From Lingula anatina (taxonomy: Eukaryota; Animalia; Brachiopoda): a stretch of 64,000 nucleotides of DNA. Below the pieces are notes generated by a model that was not told where the DNA came from, ran no database searches, and saw only the letters and a list, made by a program, of their open reading frames with translations. The stretch lies in assembly GCA_051362555.1 (NCBI GenBank), contig CM120643.1, forward strand, positions 4,278,001 through 4,342,000, given 5' to 3'. Position 1 is the stretch's first letter. Every line of letters starts with the position of its first letter. Of the stretch, positions 25,603 through 38,543 are shown piece after piece. A program made the position numbers and the translations under genes.

Positions 25603-26607
25603 CGAGAGGAAATATGTCTCACACAAAGCAGAATAGATGTTGGTAGTTATGATGGAATTTTATTATGAAGTGTTATATTAAACCCATATAATATATTTGT
25701 TCTTTTATGGGTGAAGTTTTCAACTCTGATGAAGAATTGGAATTGATGTTTACTAAATAATTCCAGATAAAATGTTACGCTATTAAAGAGTCAGTCCTCC
25801 TGTTTGAATATAGTGTTTGTGCTGATGTTCTGTTTGCAGAAACTTTAGCCCTCATGCTTGCACATAAAATATTCCTCAAAGAACTCTCATACCAATATTT
25901 GGTTTATTTGTTGCTAATTTAACAATAAGAAATCAGTTAACAGATTTTTAAAATCTTGATTAACCTGTAGGCTTTACAGATTGCAAGACGTAACCATGAG
26001 ACTGTATTGTTACATAGTAGTTAGCACATATATTAACTGGATTAAGGGACTGAATTAAAAGAAGTGCTAAGGCAAATACAACCAACAAAAAAGTTCCATG
26101 ACAAGGATTATCTGACCCGTAATAATGATATTTTTGTTGTATTTAAAATGTGAGGGAAATGATACAGCTTAGTTAATGTAACAGCGGAGTTGAAATTGAG
26201 AATCCAGATGAAAATCAAAAACAGCACTTTGCAGTTTGTTTTAATACATTATCCTAGAAATACATCTGTGTTGGCTTCCTTGGTGTACTCAACATTCCAG
26301 GAACTGTTGTCTTGGTTCAGAAAAGGGTAGAAGATCAATTTTAATTTTACAATATACAAGACATAATAATGCTTTTTCCTTCTGGCTTTAAACTGTATGT
26401 CATGTGACATTTGTATAGACATCTTCAGATGGAAATTTTATTAATGTTGTACAAATATAAAAGCTTTAAGAAGGCTGGAAGAAAATTTGTCCCACACCAT
26501 TGCAACATTCACTTAAAAATGATTTTTATTTTCAGCCATGTCCGTACATTGCTGTCACCTATGCTATTTTCAATTCTTTGGCATGTTAACCGTCTCATTA
26601 TTGAACT

Positions 26608-26873
26608 AATTACCTGTTTGTCTGTCATCCACATAACTCAAAAAGCTATGGACCAATTTTGATGAAATTTTCAGGAACTGTCAGAAGTGGGCCAAAGAAC
26701 AGATGAATAGTTTTTGGTGGTGATCCGGATCAATAATCAATCAATAATCAATCAATAATCAATAATAAAAAAAACTTAATCATTATAGAATGATAATTTA
26801 GGAGTGAAACGGCATTGGGTGGAGACTTTGCTGACTTGGCAGAGGTCTGCTCTCTCCGAGTGCTTTTTTAGTT
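26608..26873 (+). mobile_element. Short non-autonomous Helentron/HINE (DINE-1-like) element
   Basis: Typical body tgtttgtctgtc…ataactcaaaaa…gatgaaattttcagg…tttggtggtgatccggatc and 3' end cttggcagaggtctgctctctccgagtgct..tagtt. Confidence 0.6.
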
Positions 26874-28461
26874 GCATATGTAAACATGTTCTTTTGACAT
26901 TTTCTGCATCTTAACAATTTTGTTAGTTGTTTATATTAAAATGATGGTAAATCTGTTAGCGTGTATTGTGAAATAAAGAATAAGAAATGGAAATAAAATT
27001 ATATCAGTGTAGTGTGTCAGATTCATTCCTTTACTGTTTTCAGATCAAGGAAATTAGATATTTAAAATTGTTTTATTGATGTATTTTTATTTGTTTGAAA
27101 AGAGGTCTGTCCATACTGTAATGCCATACTTGAAATTTTGTTAATTCTTTTGGAGGTGATGTATTGTTCTTTATGTATGAAGATATATTGATTTTCATTT
27201 TTAGATACTAGTGAAAGTCTTTTTGTTTTTGGTACATGCATGCCAATAGTATGTATGTTCTTCATTATTTCACTGTAATAAAGGATATTTTTGGGGAAAA
27301 TATGTATGTTCAATTGTTGCTCTTTTTCTCCCTCTTCTTTTTCTTCCCTTTCACTTTAATTTTTATAAGAAAAACAAATAATTTTTGTGAAAAAATGGAA
27401 TAATATCAATAAGTAGATTTTCCAATTAAAAATATACAAAGGTTAGACAAAATTCTAATTTCAAGAGGGGAATATTGGTGTGATATATTTTTCAGAAACC
27501 TTTTAATCGGCCACTGCGTTACCGATATACACGTTACCATATTGCGTGTAGATTGTTGTTGTTGTTGTTATTGTTGTTATTTACGTTGTGAGTTGTCTGT
27601 CGGCACAACACTCAATAACTCCCTTTCCTTTAACTTGTTTGATTCCGTTATAATCTTTATCTGCAGTTAGTGAAAGTCTAAGTCGTTTACTTTACAACAT
27701 CAATTGGCTACAAGTTGCCTTAAATTTTTGCATGTGATCCTCTATCAAGAGGAACTGTAGTGGCCAATAAGATTTTTAACTCTGAATTTTTTTACTTCTG
27801 AATATTTTGACTGTTATGCGCATTATTTTTTCGCTCGGCTTTCTCCTTTATATTCGCTTAATAAGAGAGAGAGAGAGGGGGTATTCTAATTAAATTCATC
27901 CTTGTCTAACACAAATTAATAGAAATGCTGTCAAGATTTTAATGGTTTGATGATATCCCTTTTCAATCACAGTTTTAAACCTATATATCATGATTATGAG
28001 GAAATATCGCGTGTGATTTTCGCCCAAAAGCCGTGACGTCTGCAGCGCATCTCTGAGGCGCGTTTATTATTTATTCTTCACTCGTGGAATGATTGTGTTA
28101 GTGCAGAAAATTTCTTTCTCACCAGATGACAACTGAAAACTTTGAAAATATTTTATGAATCAACATTAAGATCATCAAAGCAATCATCATCATCATCGTT
28201 ATGAACATCACTTCCGGCCAGTCTTATATTACTTCAAGGAACCTAATTTGCATATAAGAGAAAAAATGCATTTTTTCTGATTTTGGCTTGTCTCCAATTT
28301 CTTCATTATTTTCAAATAGCAATGTCATCTTTTGCTCACAAATCTGGACACGTTTATTCCAAATGCATTGTTTGTAAATTATGTAATTAGAAATAACTTT
28401 TATATCACAGACGTGTATCACGTTTTCACTCCACAGCCATAAAACTCATTGATAGCTGCAT

Positions 28462-29352
28462 GGGTATAAAAGTAGGTCAATTGCCTGTATAAAATTGCCA
28501 TACGATTATTGATTTTTTAGTGTGGACCGTTTTAGGGGGGAGACACAGATGGGAGATGTTTCAAGATACCAGCAAAATATTTTCGTTGCATGCGGGTACT
28601 GAAAGTCAGAGTATATTGCAAACTTTGAAAGAAAAGAGTAAAACTAGCCCACATCTCCAGCTTCACCATGTAGAACTTTATACATGCCTCGGTTCCTCTC
28701 TATTTCATCTGACTCTCCCTAAAATTTTTCAGACCGCGTTAACTGTTCAGCTCCCGGGAACCGCGAAGCATCCAGCGTGGTGGCAGACGCTGAGCTCTGC
28801 AAACGGCACATTGCATTCACAAGAGGGGGTAAAGGTTTTCTAGGGAAATGCTGTATTTTACTACATCTGACGAATTACGTGATAAAGGAAAGATGTTTTT
28901 TACATATTTGAATTTATATTGACTAAGTGCATTGAGAGACAACGATTCACTGTATTTCTTCTCAAAATTGACAGGTTAAAAAAAAAAGAGCAAAAGGAGA
29001 TTACCTATCTCCCCTATGAATCCTTACATGGCATATCCTATCCGTGAACTTTTGATCTACTTTAGTTTTCACACTCCTACACACACTGAGTTTGTATGGT
29101 ATCAATAGAAATGGGGCGTATTGGTGGGACGGGGGGGGGGGGGGGGGGGGGGGGGGGGAGAATTCTAATGTGACTTTTCATGTTCAAGAAGATATGGTAT
29201 TTCTATTTTGATAATGCTACATCTACAGCATATTTGGGTTCATGCACAGTATTACACACAGCTAGATTATCGACCGAAGTCTGTTGTTTTATACATGTTT
29301 TTTATATACAATAAACATTTTATTTTAAAAGATATTGAATTGAGAGCGTTGG
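28462..29352 (+). repeat. Dispersed duplicate, copy 2 (matches 1-770)
   Basis: Same orientation, visibly high identity with indels. Confidence 0.9.
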
Positions 29353-29542
29353 CAACGGGGAAGAGCAGTTTTGTATCCAAACCCACAGTTGTAGATGATG
29401 CTGGTCTGCACATTCCGCGCTTTATTGTAATTTTGATCTGATTCGTTTATTTTATGATGATTTACTTAGGACAAACAGTGAACCGATGTACAACTTCAAT
29501 GATTGGATTTGGTTCTCCCCCTCTTCGACGAAGGGCCTGTGC

Positions 29543-29582
<40 letters not shown>

Positions 29583-30172
29583 TTAGTGTATGTGTAGAGG
29601 AGAGTGTATGTCGTTTTCACGTAGTCCTGCCATACATTGACAAGGTACCGACATTATTTTTAAAAATTAATTGTAGCTTAACTCGTACGTCAAGGGTGTG
29701 TATATTCTATTTTCATTTCCATTTGCTTGAAGCTGTATTTGTTGTTCAGGTTCCATTTTTAATTTAAAATTATTTTGCCTTTGTTCTATTCATTAATTTT
29801 TCTTGTATTATTCTGAAAAGTAATTTTTTTTATTTTTAGGTAATAATTACTTTAATTGTTATAGATAGAGTCATCCAGATTTGTTCATGATTCTTTTTTA
29901 TTTATTTATTTATTTTAATGCGTTTATTCACTCAAATAAAAAAAAGAAAATATACATATATAATGAAATATTTAAACAGATAAAAATTAAATGCACATAG
30001 TAGGGCCTACTGGTGATAATTTCGGTAATTAAATACTGATAAATAAAAAAGAACATAAATATATAGAAATACTTTCACTCACTCATCCATACATACATAC
30101 TACACGTATACATGCTTGTTGTGTGCTACATATCGGCAACTATAACGTACTAGAGGTGGACATTTTAACACG

Positions 30173-30700
30173 TTATGGTAATGGAATGCGTTTCCATTTT
30201 GTATTAAACCAATCTTCTTTACCTGTCTTTATAGCAATGTATTTTACTATTTTCTTCTTCTGACTGAGAAAATGCAGAAACAGTTCAAAATCATAGACTG
30301 ATGGATTTTCTGAATTTTTGTTTATAAACTGTTTAGCCACAATAATAGAGAAATTTAAAGCTTTTGCGCAGTGGTCGCTAGACAAACAGCCGTACATTAT
30401 AGTTTTTTCATTTCTTCTAAAGTGAATGGTATTATTCGGAGTGTTTATTATAACGTAATCTTCAAGACGTTAACCTTTATCACGCACTTCTAACTTCGTG
30501 TCCCTTTTCCATGCATCATACGTCACTTATACCTGTAGTTTGCTTGTTTATTCTTGTTTTGGTACCTGAAGAAGGTTCACAAGCAAAAGCTCAGGCATTT
30601 TTTCACCTTTCAGAGTTAATCTTTACAGATGCGTTTTCAATATATTTTTTCGTAAAAATACGGAAGATGCTGTCGAATGAAAATCTGCAATTTTTTTATC
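30173..30700 (-). mobile_element. Decayed 3' end of an L1/Tx1-like LINE ORF2
   Basis: IMYG…ALNFSIIVAKQFI…FELFLHFLSQKKKIVKYIA…WFNTKWKRI resembles the C-terminus also seen at 41302-41811. Confidence 0.6.
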
Positions 30701-30789
30701 AGTCATAACAGTTAATTATCATAAAAGAGGTTTGTTATCTGATTCTGGTCCGAGGATCAACTGGTTGTGAATTCGGCCAGAGACAACCG

Positions 30790-30820
<31 letters not shown>

Positions 30821-32188
30821 CTCTACCTGAGTCACAGATAGAGTTTTCACTAGATATTCATAGATAGGCCTATGTATAAAATGTAAGGATGTGTTTAATA
30901 ATTTTTGAAGAAGGATTCCTGTTTATGATTTGAGCGCAAAGGACGATTGCGTTTGTTACGTTCAGTAAAAGCAGTATTGACGACAGCTATCATCTGAGTC
31001 CTCAAGGGGGTTGAACTCCCAACACGGTCGGAGGTACGTTGTGTAGATGAATAATAACAACATATGGTCTCTCTTGCTCTTTCTTTGGTTAGTCTTTCGA
31101 TTCACACAAAAATCGTTGCATAAGTTAGCTAAGCACATGTGCTAATCATATTTAAAACACGAAATGCAGACTCATTTTTAGACCTTCGTTACTGTCGCTT
31201 GCAACACCATCTCACATTTGCCTATAAGTTTATTTTCAATAAAGTAGATAAATAAGGTACTTGTTTGGAAGCAAGTCTAACGTCTCAGAACATGTCTAGA
31301 ATGTTTATCTTAAATAATACAATGAATGACTTGCAGCTACTTTTAAAAGCCGAAAAATCCTTCGTGGCGTATTTTTGCTCCAGATCATTAATTTTAGTTG
31401 CTTTAATGTTTTGAAATATTTTAGTCATTAATAAAATCTTCATTTTAGTTAAGACAAGGACTGAAGGCCCCGTTGGGTATTTTCCTTACTCGTAACATGC
31501 ACTTATCATTCCCCGAGATGTGAAGCACCCCATTCCTGCGAATCGTGAATTGCGGGTTTCTATCCCTCGTCCTTATACTGTATATAGTGGAACGAAGTCA
31601 TTATACTCGATGATAGTTATTTTCAGCTCGCCGGACTCGCATTTTCAATGAGATATGAATAAAATTCTAATTCAATTTATGTTATTTGTGATTTGATGAT
31701 TTTATTTTCCGCGGCCGTGAACTGTGATCACCCCCCCTCCCCCTTCCCAGCGGGCCCTCATGATTAGATGGACGATATGTTAATAGGGCACAGTCAAATG
31801 TTTTACACGTAACACGACAAAACTGCACTCTGTTAGGAAGCCAATTGCAACATCTTCGTTACCAGGCATTGAGAAAATATACTTGAGATTGGGAAAAATA
31901 ATTGGAACGTTTTAGAAAAAATTAACGCGCATCTAATATAAGCATTGTCTCTTGATAGCGCAGTCTATAAAAGTAAAGTAGGCCTACAAGTAGGCCTACT
32001 AGTAGCTTTGCAGGATATTTGGGAAAAAATTGACTTTAGAATATTTTCAAGTAGGCTACGTTTATTTTACTTTTAATGGTAATCACTCTAAATGCGAAGG
32101 TCCTTAAATGCTCTATTTGCTCAAATTGAACGTAGTGTTAGCAGTGCTGAGAACCAGCAAAAGTTGAAGCAAAAAGAAAATACATAAT

Positions 32189-33789
32189 AACTAGAGGATC
32201 AGAGAGGCGATACCGCCTCCGAATATTGTACCACCAGCTGGAGCAAGCGCATTCGTATAGACCCCCACATACACAAAATAAGGGACACAGTCACCAGTCT
32301 TGTGCTTGACAAGCTGTAAACATGCAATCAACAAGAATTTTCAATATATGCAAAAATATATGAAACTAAAAATGGTACAATCAAATTTAAGTTCATCGTA
32401 AGGTAGGTGAAAGGTCATTTTCAAGGTAAATTGCCTGTATATGACTTCCTATTCAAGTTCAATAGTAACTATGGACCTATCTCTGCCAGGTTTGGAGTTA
32501 AAAGAGAAAGAAATTAGCAGAGTTCAGTTCATGATAATAAGTAGATCAAAGGTCAATTTCAAGGTCACACTTAGATTGCCAGTATATGACTTCCTATTCA
32601 AGTTCAATAGTAACTATGGACCTATCTCTGCCAGTTTTGGAGATAAAAGGGAAGCAAAATTTGCAAAGTTCAGTTCATGGTGAAAAGTAGGTCAAAGGTC
32701 AATTTCAAGGTCACATTTGGATTGCCAGTATGTGACTTTCTATTCAAGTTCAATAGTATCTATGGACCTATCTCTGCTAGTTTTGCAGATAAAAGGGACT
32801 AAATGTTATAATTTTGGAGTTACCATAATGTGCCATAAATTTCCTACAGAAAAGATTAATTAAAATAAAGAAAACATCATTTTGGTCAAAATTCTTAAAA
32901 TAGGAGGTGCTCTGAAGTTCCAGAAGTTCAAATTTGATGAAATAATGTCATTTTTGACCACAAGTTGTCTGCTTTGCCAAGCCTTATGTATTATTTTTCC
33001 GGAGTTCAAAATTTATTATCCATTACCGTACTGCACATTTTGCTTTCACCACCAATATGTACTTTTTGACACAGCGTAACTTGAAAACCGTTTGGAATAC
33101 AAAAAAACGGAGACCACCTCCAGTGTTGGGCTTTACATGCTCTACAAAATGCAAAAAAGAATGGGTCTCTAGCATTAACAGTTCCCGAATTAGAGACAGT
33201 TTTCAGTTTCGGTACTTTATGGCCGCTACTCCTGTGAAAATGCACCGATTGACCCCAAATTCACGGAGATGAAAGATGACCCGAAGGGTTACACTTTCTA
33301 ATAATATTATTGGTTAAGTCTGTGTGGTATCTGAATAACAGGGCAAAAAAATTTTTTTTCGTAAAAAATTTCATTTTTTTGAAAATTTTGGCCCGTTTGA
33401 CCTTGAAATAAAGGTCAAAGGTCAAATCCAAGGGCATATTTGAAATCTACACATATGACTTTTGGAAAGCTGTCTGTAGAAATTTTTCCCATAACTCCTT
33501 CCGTAGGGTAGATAATTAGCATTTAATTTTGCCATTTTTAGACAAGGGTGCATTGCAATGAGTGCCACACCTAGACCCCAATACCGACAAAGCCCAAATT
33601 TTACGTGGAACGAGTTGAGATTATAGGTGACCTAAATCCAAGAGATGGATACAGGGGCCCTTACCGTCTAGGAGGAGAAGCGGTAACGGTGACTTGGCGG
33701 CGGAGCCGCAGGAGCCGCAGGAGCCGGCGGAACATACGGGTCGGGACTAAAACCATGGGTACCGCCAGCGCCTACGCTGGTGGTACAAT
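32189..33789 (-). mobile_element. Helentron-associated non-autonomous element (HINE), copy 1, ~2.7 internal 146-bp repeats
   Basis: Sub-TIRs ATTGTACCACCAGC / GCTGGTGGTACAAT, 3' hairpin GAGGCGGTATCGCCTC and CTAGTT end; reverse complement of copy 2. Confidence 0.85.
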
Positions 33790-34207
33790 AACAATACAAA
33801 ATAATTTAAAATGACCTTTTTGCAATAATTTATTCTTTATCAATAATCAATGATATTATATCTAAACGAAAAATCAAAAGATATAATAACTTGGACGCAG
33901 AGTAAAACTGTGGCGCTTCATGTGACCGGATGTGCCGAGATGTGACCCAGTATTCACTATTCACTGCGGGTTTTTCTTTGACCTACTTAGGCGGGCGGAG
34001 CGGGAAAATTTTACACGTTAATGAAATAACGTTATTCCAAGGACAAGATATATCTATGAGTTGCCATTAAAGTTTTATCTAAAGCAGTAGGGCATTCCAC
34101 GATTCCAGCATCCCTTTAAATGTATGCAAAGACATTCTTGATGACAAAAGGGTGAGTACTTTGTTGTAGTGATCTGGTACCGGAAGTCTTGGGATTGAAA
34201 GCGACAG

Positions 34208-35157
34208 TAGAGTCTTTTCCACGAAATCGTGAGCATGCGCAGTTCGCGCCATTTTGTGCGGGACTGTTTCTCAGGGGGAAAGAGTAGAAGGGGCCTTCGG
34301 TACTTTTGTAGTATACCCCCCCCCCCTCACCCTGTAACTTTCTGTAACTTTCACTTTTCAAACAGTTTTTTACATTTTATTGTTTATCCATGTCAAAGCT
34401 ATTGAAATAAAATGCTTTTGTAATTACCTGTGGATTTTTTATTAGTGTTAATCACGTTTAATCCAGCCCATTGAAATACAAAGTTAGAATCTTCAATTTA
34501 CACCCGCAGTCAATAACTTGCCGCATTTTCGTTGGCTAACCCTAAGGTAATTTTATGTGAACAAGTAGCTCATAATAATTTCACAGAGGAAATCCAAGTA
34601 TACAATGTATCAATCCTATGTTCACATAAAATAAGGTAGAGTTAGCCAACGAAAACGCAGCAAGCTGCGGTTTCATTGTAAATTTTCACATTGTATTTCG
34701 ATGGGGTGGATTAAACGTGATTAAAACTAATAAAAAGACCACAGGTAATTACAAAAACATTTTATTTCAACAGCTTTGACATAGGTGCAAAAGACACTGT
34801 AAAAAAATGTTTGAAAAATGAAGGTTTCAGGAAGTTACAGGGTGGGGGGTATACTACAAAAGTACCGAATGTCCTATCTTTGCTGTCGATGAGGTACGTT
34901 TTTAGTTCTTTCATTGAAAAGTCATCAGGCACTTCTGCTAAATTTCTATTCCAACTGCTCCCATGAATGTGTTTTTCGAAAAAAATCAGGTGTTAACATG
35001 TTACGAAACTTTGAAAATTCAGATTGAAATGAGCACTCCTCGATATGGCGTCCGTCGTGTACACTCCACACTTTCCCCCTGAAACTTCAAATCCCGCAAA
35101 ATCTCGCGTTCCCACGGATAATTTAGCGGAAGTCACGTGACCGTGGAAAAGACTCTG
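34208..35157. mobile_element. TIR element enclosing the foldback (YAG termini, Academ-like by inference)
   Basis: TAGAGTCTTTTCCACG … CGTGGAAAAGACTCTG, plus the subterminal inverted match tcagggggaaag / ctttccccctga. Confidence 0.7.
34289..34876. mobile_element. ~590-bp foldback MITE with ~270-bp inverted arms
   Basis: ttcggtacttttgtagtatacccc… pairs with …gggggtatactacaaaagtaccgaa; the arms align inward to ttttatgtgaaca / tgttcacataaaa. Confidence 0.9.
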
Positions 35158-36389
35158 TTGGGCGGGGCTTTTGAGAGAGAGAGAGAGAGAGAAGGACCTG
35201 CAGATACAAGAGGTAGAGAATAGACGTAGGGATCCGGTGATCCCAGTGTTATAAGTGTTATTCAGTAGCTCTGAGTTCGATCCTTGAAACATCTGAGGTA
35301 AAACATAAAAAAGTACTAGCAGAGTTATATATAATCAAGAAGCAATGAGAAGATCCGAGTGCTAACTGGTCCACGGCCTTAATATGGCAGACCTACATGA
35401 AAGGAAGACTGCTTAATCCTGTAATGGTCACTCCACCTCTCACACGCCTCCACTGGCGTCATTCAGGCATGGGCACATTAATCAAATCTCGACTATACAG
35501 TCTTGTGGGGATCGAGGCATGTGACCATTTAAGGGACCATTCCCAGACTAAATGTTAATCAATTTATTTCTGAGGGATTTCTTGCTGAATTGCTTTTAGC
35601 TTAGCAGCTTAGATGTCTGGCATGCCTACTGATAATTGTACCACCAGCGTAGGCGCTGGCTGTACACATGGTTTTAGTCCCGACCCGCATGTTCCGCCGG
35701 CTCCTCTGGCTCCGCCGCCATCTCACCGTTACCGCTTCTCCTCCTAGACGGTAAGGGCTGCCATACCCATCTCTTGGATTTAGGTCACCTATAATCTCAA
35801 CTCGTTCCATGTAAAATTTGGGCTTTGTCGGTGCTGGGGTCTAGGTGTGGCACTCATTGAAATACACCCTTGTCCAAAAATGGCAAAATTAAATGCTAAT
35901 TATCTACCCTACGGAAGGAATTTTGGGAAAATTTTCTACAGACGGCTTTCCAAAAGTCATATGTGTAGATTTCAAATATGCCCTTGGATTTGACCTTTGA
36001 CCTTTCTTTCAAGGTCAAACAGGCTAAAATTTTCAAAAAAATGAATTTTTTACGAAAAAAAAAATTATTTGCGCTGTTATTCAGAAACCAGACAGACTTA
36101 ACCAATAATATTATTGGAAAGTGTTACCCTTGGGGTCATCTTTCATCTCCGTGAATTTGGTGTCAATCGGTGCATTTTCACGGGAGTAGCGGCCATAAGA
36201 TGCCGAAACTGAAAACTGTCTCTAATTCGGGAACCGTTAATGCTAGAGACCCATTCTTTTTTGCATTTTGTAGAGCATGTAAAGCCCAACACTGGGAGTG
36301 GTCTCCGTTTTTTTGTATTCCAAACGGTTTTCGAGTTACACTATCAAAAAGTACATATTGGTGGTGAAAGCAAAATGTGCAGTACGGTA

Positions 36390-36600
36390 TAGTCAGGTGG
36401 CTAAGTCCAAATTTTATCCAGAATTGTGCAATAGATGATAAAAGCATGACACTTTCCACGATGAGTGACCATTGGGTGTTCATCTATTTTGTATCGGGGG
36501 GGGTTGGCAAACACCCAATGGTCATTCATCGTGGAAAATTCCATGCTTTTATCATCTTTTGCACAATTCTGGATAAAATTTGGACTTAGCCACCTGACTA
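36390..36600. mobile_element. ~210-bp foldback MITE inside HINE copy 2
   Basis: Near-perfect ~90-bp arms TAGTCAGGTGGCTAAGTCCAAATTTTATCCAG… / …CTGGATAAAATTTGGACTTAGCCACCTGACTA. Confidence 0.85.
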
Positions 36601-38215
36601 CTTTTCACCATGAACTAAACTTTGCATATTTTGCTTCCCTTTTATCTCCAAAACTGGCAGAGATAGGACAATAGTTACTATTGAAGTTGAATGGGAAGTC
36701 ATATACTGGCAATCTAAATGTGACCTTGAAATTGACCTTTGACCTACTTTTCACCATGAACTAACCTTTGCAAATTTTGCTGCCCTTTTATCTCCAAAAC
36801 TGGCAGAGATAGGACCATAGTTACTGTTGAACTTGAATAGGAAGTCATATACTGGCAATCCAAATGTGACCTTGAAATTGACCTTTGACCTACTTTTCAC
36901 CATGAACTGAACTTTGCAAATTTTGCCCCTTTTATCTCCAAATCTGGCAGAGATAGGTCCATAGTTACTATTGAACTTGAATAGGAAGTCATATACTGGC
37001 AATCTAAATGTGACCTTGAAATTGACCTTTGACATACTTTTCACCATGAACTGAACTTTGCAAATTTTGCTTCCATTTTATCTCCCAAACTGGCAGAGAT
37101 AGGTCCATAGTTACTATTGAACTTGAATGGGAAGTCATATACTGGCAATCTAAATGTGACCTTGAAATTGACCTTTGACCTACTTTTCACCATGAACTAA
37201 CCTTTGCAAATTTTGCTTCCTTTTTATCTTCAAAACTGGCAGAGATAGGTCCATAGTTACTATTGAACTTGAATAGGAAGTCATATACTGGCAATCCAAA
37301 TGTGACCTTGAAATTGACCTTTGACCTACTTTTCACCATGAACTGAACTTTGCAAATTTTGCTGCCCTTTTATCTCCAAATCTGGCAGAGATAGGTCCAT
37401 AGTTACTATTGAACTTGAATAGGAAGTCATACACTGGCAATCTAAATGTGACCTTGAAATTGACCTTTGACCTACTTTTCACCATGAACTGAACTTTGCA
37501 AATTTTGCTTCCCTTTTATCTCCCAAACTGGCAGAGATAGGTACATAGTTACTATTGAACTTTAAAAGGAAGTCATATACTGGCAATCCAAATGTGACCT
37601 TGAAATTGACCTTTGACCTACTTTTCACCATGAACTGAACTTTGCAAATTTTGCTGCCATTTTATCTCCCAAACTGGCAGAGATAGGTCCAAAGTTACTA
37701 TTGAAGTTGAATAGGAAGTCATATACTGGTAATCTTAATGTGACCTTAAAATTGACCTTTGACCTACTTTTTACCATGTACTGAACTTTGCAAATTTTGC
37801 TTCCCTTTTATCTCCAAAACTGGCAGAGATAGGTCCATAGTTACTATTGAAGTTGAATAGGAAGCCATATACTGGCAATCTTAATGTGACCTTAAAATTG
37901 ACCTTTGACCTACTTTTCACCATGAACTGAACTTTACAAATTTTGCTTCCCTTTTATCTCCAAAACTGGCAGAGATAGGTCTATAGTTACTATTGAAGTT
38001 GAATAGGAAGTCATATACTGGCAATCTAAATGTGACCTTAAAATTGACCTTTGACCTACTTTTCACCATGAACTGAACTCTGCTAATTTCTTTCTCTTTT
38101 AACTCCTAACCTGGCAGAGATAGGTCCATAGTTACTATTGAACTTGAATAGGAAGTCATATACTGGCAATCTTACTGTGAAATTAACCTTTGACCTACCT
38201 TTTGATGAACTTAAC
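36598..38215. repeat. 146-bp tandem array, ~11 copies, inside HINE copy 2
   Basis: Unit gacctacttttcaccatgaactgaactttgc…gaccttgaaattgaccttt; period 146 (36741, 36887). Confidence 0.95.
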
Positions 38216-38543
38216 TTTGATTGTACCATTTTAAGTTATATATATATTTTTTGCATATTTTGAAAATTCTTGTTGATTGCATTTTTACAGCTTGTCAAGC
38301 AAAAGACTGGTGGCTGTGTCCCTTATTTTGTGTATGTGGGGGTCTATACGAATGAGCTTGCTCCAGCTGGTGGTACAATATTCGGAGGCGGTATCGCCTC
38401 TCTGATCCTCTAGTTAATTACCCTTTAGCAGCTTCAGTAGGTATGACAGACATCTAAGCTGCTCAAGTTGATTGCAATTTAGCAAGAATCCCCTCAGAAA
38501 TACATTGATCAACAGTTACAGGTAATTTCTGACAGGCTTCCGA

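Larger units (their letters stand above)
35635..38415 (+). mobile_element. HINE copy 2 with expanded internal satellite
   Basis: 5' ATTGTACCACCAGCGTAGGCGCTGG; 3' GCTGGTGGTACAATATTCGGAGGCGGTATCGCCTCTCTGATCCTCTAGTT. Confidence 0.88.

Noticed and set aside
33605-33814. Arg-rich protamine-like ORF, also at 35601-35810
   Set aside because: It lies in the GC-rich microsatellite-like 5' part of the HINE, and the two copies differ by indels.
33900-35300. Bidirectional promoter (YY1, ETS, E-box and GC-box-like motifs)
   Set aside because: Most motifs fall within the inverted arms of a TIR element and no downstream gene is identifiable; kept only as a possibility within the findings.
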